Shown here: positions 1-12,493 of the stretch, piece by piece
Position numbering within the stretch: the stretch's first letter is position 1
Layout: each line of letters starts with the position of its first letter
From: Saccostrea cucullata
Taxonomy: Eukaryota
Length of the DNA: 64,000 nucleotides
NCBI RefSeq assembly: GCF_032062105.1
Contig: NW_026939963.1
Span: 1-64,000, forward strand
Direction: 5' to 3'
Translations under genes and position numbers: made by a program
The notes under the pieces: generated by a model
The model's input: the letters and a program-made list of their open reading frames with translations, nothing else
Databases searched by the model: none
Told to the model about the DNA's origin: nothing

Positions 1-1440
1 CGTAGCAATTTTTAAACACAGAAAGGAAGGTTCGTGATCAAGTGATTTATTTCGCTGAATTTTTTAATGTTTATAGAGGCTGGGGTGTGATAAAGTTATA
101 ATTTTTTGTGAAGTATATTTTATAGACACATAGTTAAAGAAACGATGGGGGGGGGGGGGTTGGGTTGGGTTGAAGATTTTGTGTTGACCCACTGGAGTTT
201 CCAGAGAGTTCTGAATGTGAAGATGAAGTAGCTTGGCCCTTTGGGTCATCTTTGTCAAGAACTGGTAGGTTAAAAGCCATACACAGAATTTTTTAAAAAA
301 ATAAATAATGTATTTGTTCGTATTTTTTTTAGTGTAAATCCTTGTTTACGGAGTTTTTGCTAGGCGTACATTGCCCTGATTGCGAGCATATAGAATTTAT
401 TTTTAGAGTAGTGAGGTCTTGAAAATAGAGTCTATATCTTTTGCTTGGACGTAAAAAAAATCCTTGTCTTTGTTTAGAACGATCAGATATTGACTCAGGC
501 TTTTCCGTTGGAAAAAAGGGAAAATTTGAAGTTTTACAATTACGTAGTTATCTTTAAAGTGTAATTAAGCTACACAATAAATAAACAAAGTTATTAAATG
601 ATACAACGAAATTTTTATCGTACGGTCTATCTATAGTAGTTTTCACAGTTTTCCCAGAATGCACGACCGTGAAGCCGAGCATGCGTATTCCAGGAGTTTG
701 GACTTACGTAGTTGCTAGCGCTCGAGAGCGCTAGCAATAACACTTTGTGCACATGCGCTGTTGAAAACATATTGTAAACGAACTATTTTCAATAGCGCGG
801 GCTTTCGAAATGTTGAAATTGTTGAAGATTTTCATGTTTCATATCGTTTTCGTCGATGTTATGTTTCTTAGTAGTTATATTCTGTTTTGATTTTTTGCAA
901 ATTAATGGTATAGTGCATTGGAATTTTAAGAATTAACATGCGTAAAGTCGCTTAACAATGTACATGTATCAATGTTTCTACATATAGTTGTCGATAAAAG
1001 CACTTTGTTTAAAACTAAAAGAATGTTCATAAAATATACATGTGCATTATTTTAACTATTCCAAGACTGAATTTTTAAGTTATGAGAAAAAATGCTTATA
1101 GAAAAGAAAACATGCGAAAATTTCTTGGAAACATTACTGGTATTTAACATATAATGTTAACATATAACATATATTGGGATCTGGACTGTTAATTTTAATT
1201 ACTGGTATACGGGATATTGTTTTAAATCATAATCATAGAGACTCTACCTGTTAAAAACAATGACCAAAAGGAAAAAAATAAATATGTACTAACTTCGGAT
1301 CAGACAATATACTCGGGCAATTAAAGTCCGGCTTTCAGTTCTTTCAATACTTTGATTAATTTAGCTATGTGTGTAGAAAGTAAAAATATACTTGACAAAA
1401 AAAATTTAAGACTTTAAATATCAGGAGCCAACCTCGTTAA

Positions 1441-2094
1441 GGTAGTCCGATCCTCAGGTTTATAAATTTAGCAGTTTAAAAGTAATCAAAAATACTCATA
1501 AAAGTATCTCTGAATCCACTAAGTTATGTAAATTTATCCACAGTATTTCTTTAAAGTTAAAGATTAAAGTTAAACATATTATATAGGGAAATCCCCAATA
1601 TTTCTGCAGAAAAAGCGAATTGGAATATCAGCAATGCCTTTTCTAATTGCAAATTGATCAACAAGTATATATTAGGTCAAAAAAATGATAGGTATCCAGG
1701 CATTCAGAGAAATTGTCATGATTTTTTTTTACTTATTTGGTATTTTCGTCATCTATTTCCGTTCTGTATTCTATAGTACAAATATTGAAAAGGCTTTTGT
1801 TATCATTGCAAATCACAAATTACTACTCATTCTATATCATGCTAATAAGCATTTGTATCTAAGGATGGATTCAAGAAAATCTTATTTCTCTAAAACTGTA
1901 TTTATGTTTCTCCTTTTATAGGTTACAAATGTAAACTTTTATAAGACTTTTTCTACGACTTCCAAAGACCTTGAATCTTATAATAAAGATGAATAAAATG
2001 AAAATTGTTGCATGAAAAAGTTTTATTTTTTAATGCATTTCAAATTAAATATTAATTTTTAGAGTTATCCTTCCTGGCTAAGGATAGGATATCC
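1441..2094. mobile_element. Putative non-autonomous TTAA-flanked DNA element (Kolobok-like MITE)
   Basis: TTAA at 1437-1440 and 2095-2098; imperfect TIRs GGTAGTCCGATCC vs GGATATCCTATCC (reverse complement of right end). Confidence 0.4.
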
Positions 2095-2169
2095 TTAAGG
2101 ATACATGTATTTTATTAATGTTTTCTTGTTCTAGCTATACATTTCTAAACACCAAACTATTTTTTTCAG

Positions 2170-5100
2170 TCGCAATTTAATTTTTCGACCTCGCATAAAA
2201 ACCCATGCTGGAAGTCCGTAAGTGGAAAATTGAAATGCCTTCCATATTTTCAGGTGATAGGAATGGATAAATGTGGCACAACTGACCTCTTTACCCGAAT
2301 ATCGCGACACCCAGATGTAGTAGTGAACACCAACAACAAAGAAAACATGTGGTGGTCCTGGAAACGATATGGTTCGTCTAATTTTCAATTTCTTTGAACA
2401 ATATTTTATTCACAGGAGTAAAAGTGGCTATGATTGGGCAATTTTTTTCTTCAAATTTGAATTGGGCAAATTTTCAGAATTTAATCATTTAAGCGTAGGA
2501 TTCAAATCGATTATAGAAATTATCAAAGCAGTTGCAGTACTCTTCCAGTGTGTGTTCTTAATATTATCATACACAAACTTAAGATTTTTTTTTTTGATCT
2601 CCTAGTTTAATGATACTAAGTATTTAGATATACAGTAATAATTTAGAAAATGTTCACAATTACATGTAGTTTTCAGTGGCAGAATTATAAGTAAATTTAC
2701 TTGATTTTTAGAAAAGTATATTTATACTATTATTCATAGGTTATTGGTTATGGTCAGCGAACACAAGGAAATCATATTTCTCAGACTACGTTAATTATTT
2801 TAGTAACACGGCTGCTTTGTTAAGTAACGCCTCTCAAAAAGATGGCAAGACAATGCTTATCACAGGTGAGTTGGCATTTAAGGACAGGTTCGTTATTTGT
2901 TTTTTTTTTCTTTCTTTTTTCCATTTTTTTTTTTTTTTACAAAAAATGAACTGGAATACTTGATTTTTAATTTGTATAATTTTTATGGAATTTATTCTAT
3001 CATTCAATGAATAAGAAATACAAAAAGCTACAATTAACATAATGTGTTATAGACATGGGTGATAAAATGAACCCTAGTCTGGCTTCAAGGCTATTAAGCT
3101 TTGACAGCTTCACTTCTGAGGCCCTCACTCTTCACTGTAATTTTGGGGATCAAAATTAAGCACTTCTAAGTTTAATGGTCCAGGATCCTATGCTCATGAT
3201 TATTTTAATTTTTTTCAGGGGACGGAACTCCGATGGATATGTGGGATTTCCGGGGATGGAAAATGATACCACAGAACAGGGGACTAGCCGAACCCCGATA
3301 TTTAACTCCACATCTCATAAAACACATAAATCCTGACGTAAAACTTATAGTTATACTCAGAAATCCAGTAGATAGGTAAAAGAAAAACACCACAGAATAA
3401 CATACGAGTAGTTGATTTTTAAGATTTTTGGATTTTTTAAAGGAAAATATCCAAGATTTCAATAATACAAGCCAACATTTTGAACAAAAACATATTTACC
3501 ACATAGATATGCTGAATATTTTCATCTTCTAGTTTTGAAACTAGAAAGTCTGAAAGGTGCATAGACACAGATTTGAAGTTAATATTTTCTGTATAATATC
3601 ACGACTTATATGAAAAGCATTTTACAGGAAAACATATTAAAAATCTTATTTCAACTAAAAGTTATTAAAACTTAAATTTTTGGACGGGTTTGATTGGCAC
3701 ATCCTCAAACTTTTACAAAATTAAAATCTGTGTCTATGCACCTTTAAACATTCTAATGTCATTTAATTTCTTTAAGACTGTATTCAGACTACTATTTTAT
3801 TGACAATGGAGAGCGCATCAAGAATCAAACCACCTTTCATCTTGCTGTGTTAGAAGCGATTAATGTTCTTGAGAGATGTCGCACACGAAGAAGTTTGAGG
3901 ATTTGTTTGTTTGATTTTAATATTAATGCAGCCTTAGTTAAGGGAAAAGTAAGTAATTAACTATTGCTACTTTAATTATTTTCCACTCAAAATCGTTCAT
4001 ATATTCATTGTTGGTTAATCAAAAAGTAAACTTGTTTCTGTTGTTTTTTTCATTCACTATGTTCAACCAACTCAGTTTTACTAATCTTCCAGATATGCAT
4101 AACAGAAAATTGACTTGATTTGGAGATGTAATTTAATAAAAACTTTTTGATGTCTTCAACTCTTCTATAACCAAAAAGCATTTGTTTACAAATGTTGCTC
4201 ACTTTATAACCCTCTTGGCCTGCTACATGTATTTTCTGAGTAACCTTTGTGTTGGAAAGAGCTTGTTCTGGGTACATAAACTTGATACTCACAATTCTCT
4301 TTTTACGTAGGAAACTCTCCCAAATCACATTTCAGTGCATGTTTAATACATGTATTTTTAACATTCCAGTGAACGTAAATGATTTCGACCTGCCCTATCT
4401 AAATTGGATTTCTTAAGTTCATAAAAAATTTAAAATCTTCAAAAAAAAGACAGAAAGAAACACATGGCCAGGTCCATCAAAATTGCTCTACCAAAACCTT
4501 ATCTTTTTTCCTTTTACAACGAATTTTTTTTCTGTTAGACATTTTACTTACGCACTGTACATCCAGTCCAAATTCATGAAATTGATAAAATGATGTTAAA
4601 AACTCAACAATATCTTAAAGAATGAATATATTTTATTGCATCTCCTAAATTTCATTTAATTTAGAAAATTGTAAGTGCATTTTTCATACCTTGTAGTTGC
4701 GCGAACAATAATTGATGTAACGTCGGACACGGGAATTTCGCAGTAATGACCAAGAACGAATTATGCCTCATCATAGTTAAAATAAATGTAAACAATTTAA
4801 AAGAGAATTTTTAGAATTATTTATTACTTTGGATAACATGAATAATTTTATTGTTAATTTTAAGTTAATATGACATCGTAAAACCGCCGAATTCTTTGTA
4901 ACATAAAGAGTTGGATATTATAGTGTGACCGTGTGAAATGAATAGATTTTGAGTCACAATTATATTCTTTGATAGTGCCAAGTAAAACATAATTAAAGAC
5001 CTTGATCGCAAGACATTTGATGCCACCTGTGCCTGAGTGAACATGTTAATTATTATTCAGTTAATTTAATTATGTCAATTATGTCCATCTGCTTAGAGTA

Positions 5101-8100
5101 ACTCTTCATTTTAATTGTTTATTTCATCATTGTTATAAGTTGGCCGTTTCATACATGATTATCAGTTGGAAGCTGGACATTCTACAGTCCACGCCGACAC
5201 ATAGATCGTGTAGTAAACACCAAGTTTGGAACGTTAATAAAATATTATACGAAGTACCGACTCGTGTATTTCTACCGGTTATAATAGTATCAACACCGTG
5301 CGCAACGTCTAAATGTATGACGTCATACGCGACATTTTAGTGATCGAGAGATGAGAAACTGTATACTTTTAACGATGTTATCAACGACAAATGCGTAAAA
5401 ATTATTATTAAAGTCCTGAAATAAATAAACATGCTTTTAATTACTTTAGTAGTGTAAAATTTATTAAAAGTTGAAGGTATAAATACATGTATTATTTACG
5501 GACTACATTGCGGTTTTACCTGGTGTAATGATTTTAATCAGATTTATTTCCAACTCAAAAAAATAATTCATATTTAAGAGTCTATACTTTGTTTGAATTC
5601 GCGAATCGCCGCGCTTTCTGTAAGCCCCGCCCCTTTTCCCAAACTACGTCACGGATGCTGAGGTTAGACAAACATCTCTTTATAAAGATGGCTGCAAAGA
5701 GGCAAGATCAACACGTTTTTGCAATTTTATCCGACTTACCTCATGACATATCCGAAAATTATATAGAGGGAGAAATTTCCATGAAAGCAAGGCAGCAAGG
5801 CTTTAAGTATTATAGTGAGAATTATTTCGAGAGGGTGAAATTGTATAAAAGCGACAAGGAGAATGAAGTCCGAATTTCCGCAAAATGTCACCGCTCCCAA
5901 CGGAAAAATGACTCTCAGCATTCTTTAAATATAGACGTATCGCCAGGATCCTTGGGTTTGGCGCATTGTTCATGCACAGCTGGGTATGTTTTTGGGTATG
6001 TTTTGTTTTAAAATTTGATGCATATGATTTATCGATACATTGAACATGTTGAATATTCCGATATCTTTGCTGTGAAAATCGTAAAATTAAACCCGACACT
6101 CGTTTTTTTTTCCAGAGCCAGTGGGTCATGTTCTCACATTATTGGCTTGCTGATGGCTCTTCAGCATTGGATTCTGATGGGTTTTAAAGCAGTCCCTGAT
6201 AATCTAACATGTACTAGTATGCCCCAGCAGTGGTCTGTGCCAAGAGGAAGCAAGATTGAAAGTTCTGCTGCTCCCCAAATTTGCATTATTAAACCCCACC
6301 CTGATAGAAAACAGAAACCTGTAGAAAATGTTTTGACAGAATGCAGGTAAGGCCAAAATAAAAAATACTCCTGTTTCCTGTCACCGGACCTACCCTACAT
6401 TTTACCCTTTGACCCTAATAGTTTCTATTACATTTTCATTTTTGGGGTAACTATTTTTCTAAAATACTGAAGTCGGCCAACGATATTTTTTGAATTAATA
6501 CATCACAACTGTACAGGATACCTGTACTTTATAAATCTTGATTAACAAACTTGCTTTGTAAACTGTTAACATATCATTTTCTTGTTATTACATGCTATAT
6601 GAATATGTACTGCATTCATTGAGTTTTGAAAATAAAATTTTTTCCCAAAATGAAATTTCTTCCCTACCTACCGACCCTAATTCTTTTGGTCAGGGGACAG
6701 GAAACAAGAGTATATTTTCTTTTGGTCTTACCAAAAATATCGTTAAAACCTTATAAATTAAATAACATTACTATTAGCAACAATTAAAATTTGTAATTTC
6801 TACATGTATGTATTTATAATCTAATTTTTAAAGTTTCTTGATTAAAATTCATTACCAGGGTACATTGTATTTTTAGGAAGATTTATGTGAATGGAGAAGA
6901 TGTTGACCATTTAAAAGCCTTAAAAGGATTGCCAATCAGTTACTTGGTGTCAAATCCCATGAAGAGGAAAATGACCCATTTGGGTGAAGTTGGAATAGGA
7001 AGTGGTCTAAGCACACATGTATGTTTTGTACTATAATTCAGATTACTTCTCTCTAGCTCTCTCTACTTCTCAGGCAGAACATATATTTTAGTACTATAAT
7101 TAAGTCAATATTTTAATACTTTATCATATGTGATATGCCGGTACATCATGTAATTAAATTTCATCAAATAACAACAATATTGCATGTATGCATATACCGG
7201 TAAACATGAATAAAATACATAATTATACACTACATACTGAGGGTAATGCGTTTAGTCAAGAAAATACCCCATTACATGTATGAAATGCATTTTAACTGGT
7301 TAATATTTATTTTTAAAAAATTAAAAGCTTTGACTTAGGTTTTGTTTTTAATGCAAGGAGGAAAAAAATTTGAAAGCATAGCACAGACATACCATATTTG
7401 GTTAATCAAAGTAAATAAAGAGAGTTTGAATTTTCCAGATAAAATTTTAAAACGTTTGATTCTCTCAATAGCTCTTTCAACGTGAACTCTACGTTTAGCT
7501 ATTTTCTTGGTTAGTAAAGCATCACTCTTGGTCATTTGTTTTCCAATGGTTGCAAAGGGTGGTATGTTTAATTGCAGCCCACATTTCTCTACTTCCTCTT
7601 CGATGTTAAATCCTTTATCTGCCATGAGTCCATATCCTTGGAGTAGGTAATCCTCATCCAACAAGTCTTTGAGCATGTCTTCAAACTTTGATCGCACAAA
7701 AATATCCTTGTCAGATATACCGCCACTAAATAACATGGAAGCAAATGTAACTGAACCCCTTGGATCACACACTACTAAACCTTTCGTAGTATTGCAGCTT
7801 TTATAGTCACTGTAGGTTTGTGATTGGGCCTTAAGAGATGATGGTTTGTTGATTTTTATTTCTGTGCAGTCAAGAATACCAAAAGTTGTCGGAAATTCTT
7901 CTTTAAATTTGGGTGGCATATTTTCTTTGATGACATTTCTGTGAGGCCAGATGGAAAGCTCTCCAAATCTCAAAAACATGTAATTGATCCAGTGCGTAAA
8001 AATAACACTTGTTGTCTGTTTACTAATTTTAAATCGAAAAGCCAAGTCAGAATAATGAAAATCATGTCTCAATTTCATAATTGTTAAAAATAATTGACTT

Positions 8101-11100
8101 TTCAAATTCAATGCCATGACTTCTTTTGATCTGTTTGATGGAAACTGTATTGGTATAACTTGATCATTTGGTACCAAAAAAATATATACTCCAAGAAACT
8201 GATCAGGTGTTAAACCTGTGTAATATTTGAATTGTTTTGCATCACCAATGATGACATCAACATTAAATTCCTGTGAAAGTTCAGCTTGCAATTTTACATT
8301 TTTTTTTCTGTGTAAGTCTTCTTATAAAGTTGATCATATGCTCCATATACAGTCTGAAGTTTACCATTTAAGCTTCTATTTTCCTCCAAAATGTTCTTGT
8401 TTTCAGCAGCCAGTAGTAAAACATCCATAGGTTCAACCCCTGGAATAAATTGCAAATAAAATGTATTTACATGTATTAGTTTTTCATAATGCAATGCAGC
8501 ATTTTCATTTATTTTTTTTTTACAGGCATCCTTCTATGAGCCACAAGTACAAAAGGCAGTGGATACAAAATGTGGAGATCTAAAATTGCCCTATATCTGT
8601 CCAGTTTTACTACCAGATAAATATAAACATTTATCAGAATCTCTAGCAATAGACTTGAACAAAGCTCATGAAATTCAAGAGGAAACACAAGAACAATATC
8701 ATTCACAGAGATGGCATTTAGAGAGAAAAACACGACTCACAGCGTCCAAATTTTACGAAATTTTACACAGGAAAACTATTTCTTTGAAGTATGTCAAAAG
8801 TATTTTAGAACCAAAAGCATTTAAGTCTACTTCCACGTCATAAATTTCCAATGAAAAGAAAGCCAGAGAGATGTATGTTAAAAGACAGGGATTGCATGTA
8901 CATGACTGCGGACTGTGCATTAATCCAGAATTGCCATTTCTAGGGGCAACTCCAGATGGAATTGTCTGTGATGGAGGTGTAAGTGGAATTGTTGAAATTA
9001 AGTGCCCCTACTCTGCTCGAGACTTGACCATTCAAGATTCTCTTTCCCTTCCCAACTTTTGTTTACTTGAAACTGATGGAAAAATTACTTTAAAAAAATC
9101 TCACGCCTTCTATTTCCAAGTTCAAGGACAACTTCTGGTCACCGGTGTTTCTTTTTGTGATTTCATTGTATTTACTCGAAAAGAATTACATGTCGAAAGA
9201 ATATATCCTAATGTTCATTTTATGAAAGAACTTGTCTCAAATTTAACTGAAATATACTTCTGTCATTTTCATGATTTTATTGAATAAACTGTTGTCTGCA
9301 TCTATGTTGGGTAATGTTCATAAATCAAACTGGCATCATGCACTTACATTTTTCCTCAGTTTGAGAGCAAGTTGACACACCAGTGGCAGTAACATGCTGA
9401 GAAGATTCTTCACATTGATTATCAGGGTCTTCCTGATTTTCTGATTCACTGAAATTACAGAACAAAGGTCACTGCAAAATTGATCTACCAACAAAATGTT
9501 TCACATCTATATATCAACACAAAACTATAGGCATTGCTCTATAAAAGACCAGGAGGCAATAAACTACAAGTGAAATATAAAAGTTACAATTTAAAAAAAA
9601 AGCAGTTTTTTTTATTTTAATTTTTTTTTCTTTATAAAATGTGCATGGAAATAATATATACTAATGATTTAATTTTACCTTGACTGTTTGCTGAAGATTC
9701 CCCTGTTCTTTGGAGGGGGTCTAGATGGCTTGGGTGTGCTGGAAGTCAGAGGAATGGGGTCAGGATATGTTGGTGTAGGACCACAGCCATTCATAAAGTG
9801 CTGCAATCAAATATAGCATGAATCTTAACCATGTTACCAAACAATTTTTCAGATAAACACATAGGCCTATTCTCAATTATTCTTTAGAAGTTCAAAGATA
9901 TACGTATAATCAGGGATCTACCAAATAGGTACTGAAAAAATTACTAAAGTGAAATCATATGCAAAATTTTCACTTCTCGAGGATTATGATGTGAAATGCA
10001 TGTTAACCTCTTTAATACACTATAAAACACATTTTATTCAGGCAGTAGCCCCGGCATTTGCGATATATTTTAAAATAATTGGGGACATGACAGACGATGT
10101 TCAAAAACAACAAAGGAAATTCTGGCTGATTTTGCTAACAATAAACGTAACTTCTGTTTAAATTCGCAAAATCATTTATAAGAGCGTAAATTTGTATGCT
10201 ACGATCAATATTAACAACATAATTGAACATACCTTGGAGCAGACATAAGTGTTTTTTGTTATCCTGTCGACGTTGAGTTGTTTGTGGGGGCGATTACACG
10301 CCTTGATCCACCGTCGGCATTTGTCAATATCTGTTTTAGGTTTAGGGAATGGGTAAAATATCACCCCCTTATTCCGGGCCGGATACCGACTGTCACTGTT
10401 GCAAAGTCCGAATGCACATCTTTTAACCATAACAATCGTATGAATGTGTTGACCTACTGTACAGTAGTAGTTTTGTTTGTCTAACCTTCCGCCACGCAAC
10501 TTTTGGTGACGCTTTCTCTACGTCATACCTTTTATCTGATTGGTCAGGTCAGTTATCCCGGGAAAATTGGCGATTCGCGAATTGTCTTTAATAAGATGAA
10601 AAATAAAACGATTGAAAAGCACAATAGAATTTATAGGGAGATTTGTAGGGTTTTTATGACAGTTCAATATAAAGATTATAGAAGTAAGGGTGTACAGTAA
10701 AGACTTTTCAACAACAGCTATTACCCCGGTTCCCCCGGATTACCGTGTAGAAAAATACACATTTATGTATATACGAGTATGTATCGATAGTCACTTTTTA
10801 GGTCCATAACTTGACGCATGTTTTATCATACAGTGTATTTAGGTGAAATACTTCAAAATAGTAATAAAATAGTAATTATAAGAAGTATTGCAATAGCAAA
10901 ATAACTTCAAATGGTTCTCAAACTAAACCTTCAATACGACTTCCAAAGAACTTTATAAGTAATAATTTTTACTTTAGTGTTCGGATTTTACTTTGATTCA
11001 GTGCAAAACATTTAAAGACATATATATGTGGCATATTTTTGATAATTTCAGTTAATTAGAATTAAGAAAACATTTCTATTTGTAACTTTATATGACTCTG

Positions 11101-12050
11101 CATATTACACAATTTAAACAATTGCGCCATGCGTTTCAAACATATAAAAAATTTGAAACAATATTCGATATATTTACCGACTCCACAAAAAAAAAAAGAC
11201 ATAAGGTCATGTTAACTATAAAACGTGAGGTTATAATTATTCAATTATTCATGCTCAAAATCTTGTGAAAATTTTTATTTGAACGCAAATAAGTGAAATA
11301 ACTATATCTACATCTAATTTCGTATTATTATTTTATAGCTCACATTCAACAAATTAAGTTTAAGGTTCGTAAGTCTGTAACAGATTTTTGGCAAAAGATT
11401 TAAAATGATAAAATTTCCTTTCAATATTTTTTTTCAGATTTTCAGACGAGAATACATTTAGGATTTAACGCCGTTTATCTACGAGAATGGCTGTCAGTAT
11501 TTCCACGTGATCAGATGTTAATTCTACGTACAGAAGACTACTCATCTAACGTGTCCTCTGTTGTCAGAAAAGTATTCAAATTTCTGGAATTACGTAAGTA
11601 TTATAATTTTAAAGTGTCTGTAATGCATTTTTTCTTTCAATACCAGAAATATTTTCAACATTGAATTTGTCATCATCATTTGCCCTTCATATTTTGGTAT
11701 AAAAATATATTGATCATAACAATAATTTTACATGTCTTTTAAGTATTTTAGAGGTTTTTATAATTATTTTATATGTTATTTTTTCAGGTGATATGACTGA
11801 TGATGAATTAGAAAAACTGAATATTACGATATCAGAAAGAGTTTATGTTACCAAAGACAAGATTGGAAAACCGCCCATGTACCCCAAAACAAGACAAATA
11901 TTAGAAAATCTTTATCGTTCTGATATACAAGACTTATACAAAATATTGAACGATGAAAGATTTCTATGGCGATCACAAAGCAGTGTTATTGTTAATAATA
12001 ATGAAAATGTAACACAATTTTATAAAGTATATTATGAAAATAAAACATGA
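2170..12050 (+). CDS. CHST15/GalNAc4S-6ST-like carbohydrate sulfotransferase, spliced, 5'-incomplete; exons 2170-2371, 2740-2865, 3219-3375, 3777-3948, 11446-11593, 11788-12050
   Basis: Hand-spliced GT-AG exons keep phase and give KNPCW..CLPYFQVIGMDKCGTTDLF (5'-PSB), KENMWWSWKRYG, GDGTPMDMWD..LIVILRNPVDRLYSDYYF (3'-PB), RIHLGFNAVYLREWLSVFPRDQMLILRTEDY, closely paralleling CHST15 motifs. N-terminal/TM exon not identified. Confidence 0.85.
3555..3743. mobile_element. MITE, Kolobok-like (TTAA-type target), in sulfotransferase intron
   Basis: 20 bp TIR AGGTGCATAGACACAGATTT / AAATCTGTGTCTATGCACCT; flanks TGAA / TTAA. Confidence 0.75.
5688..9287 (+). pseudogene. SWIM zinc finger + YqaJ/lambda-exonuclease-like protein; exons 5688-5983, 6116-6346, 6877-7018, 8526-9287; in-frame stop at 8841-8843
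   Basis: Spliced SWIM motif HCSCTAGASGSCSH; TCTSMPQQW; YqaJ motifs WHLERKTRLTASKF, LGATPDG, IVEIKCP, YFQVQGQL; GT-AG phases consistent. Confidence 0.85.
6351..6727. mobile_element. PIF/Harbinger-type MITE in intron 2 of the YqaJ gene
   Basis: ~32 bp TIR GGCCAAAATAAAAAATACTCCTGTTTCCTGTC vs GACAGGAAACAAGAGTATATTTTCTTTTGGTC; flanks TAA/TTA. Confidence 0.75.
7335..10430 (-). pseudogene. THAP + HTH + DDE_Tnp_4 (Harbinger/ISL2EU) transposase; exons 10430-10233, 9800-9679, 9448-9348, 8439-7335; one frameshift near 8295-8330
   Basis: THAP CAFGLC..FPKPK..W..VCSK|HF joined across a phase-0 intron; HTH LFLTIMKLR..DLAFRFKIS; DDE motifs LDCTE, YSDYK, MADKGF, RVHVERAIERIK. Confidence 0.88.
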
Positions 12051-12493
12051 TGCCTAATCTCTCTGAGAGTTTAATGGTCGTATTGAAATGAATATCATAA
12101 TAAAAATAGATTTTTCATGATATTTTACAAATGATTTAGTATCTGTCTGCAAAGAATCACAATACATGCTACATTTTGAAGAGTGCTTTTTAGCAAATCT
12201 TTCCAACTCGACGGACAAGTATCATTCAAAAGTCTACCAATCCATGTAACTTTCAGACTTTTATGAAAAGAATAAAGATATACAGCAGTATTCTGAAACC
12301 TTACTATTCATAACTCTGAAAAATATCCTTATTTGCTACTGTTGGGGTTTTATAAATCCAGATATAATCATAAAAGAAATTCCTTTATCTCTTCCCTGGG
12401 AAAGTTTGGAAGACTAATTGGTTGATATGTTTATTGTCTTCGTACTCATTGCGAGGTGGACTTTGAGCTGTGATCTATATATACCTACCAATT

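Larger units (their letters stand above)
5599..10580. mobile_element. PHIS-superfamily (ISL2EU-type) DNA transposon, ~5 kb, inserted in a sulfotransferase intron
   Basis: TIR TCGCGAATCGCC (5599-5610) / GGCGATTCGCGA (10569-10580) flanked by AT/AT (alternative parse: AATT flanks with 11 bp TIR). Encodes THAP-HTH-DDE transposase plus SWIM-YqaJ nuclease, the gene pair known from ISL2EU. Confidence 0.85.

Noticed and set aside
712-737. Perfect hairpins at 712-737, 18373-18395, 20920-20940 and 40980-41003
   Set aside because: Typical Helitron/HINE terminal hairpins, but element boundaries could not be defined; not terminators or ncRNAs
5589-9287. Endogenous virus or bacterial horizontal transfer as the source of the YqaJ gene
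   Set aside because: The gene has spliceosomal introns and lies within TIRs with a PHIS transposase; no other viral genes are present
10841-10960. Exon-like block repeated at ~28478-28580 and ~59057-59160, plus an ATG-led block at 4465
   Set aside because: Frames and splice sites are inconsistent among copies and there is no recognisable motif; treated as duplicated intron sequence
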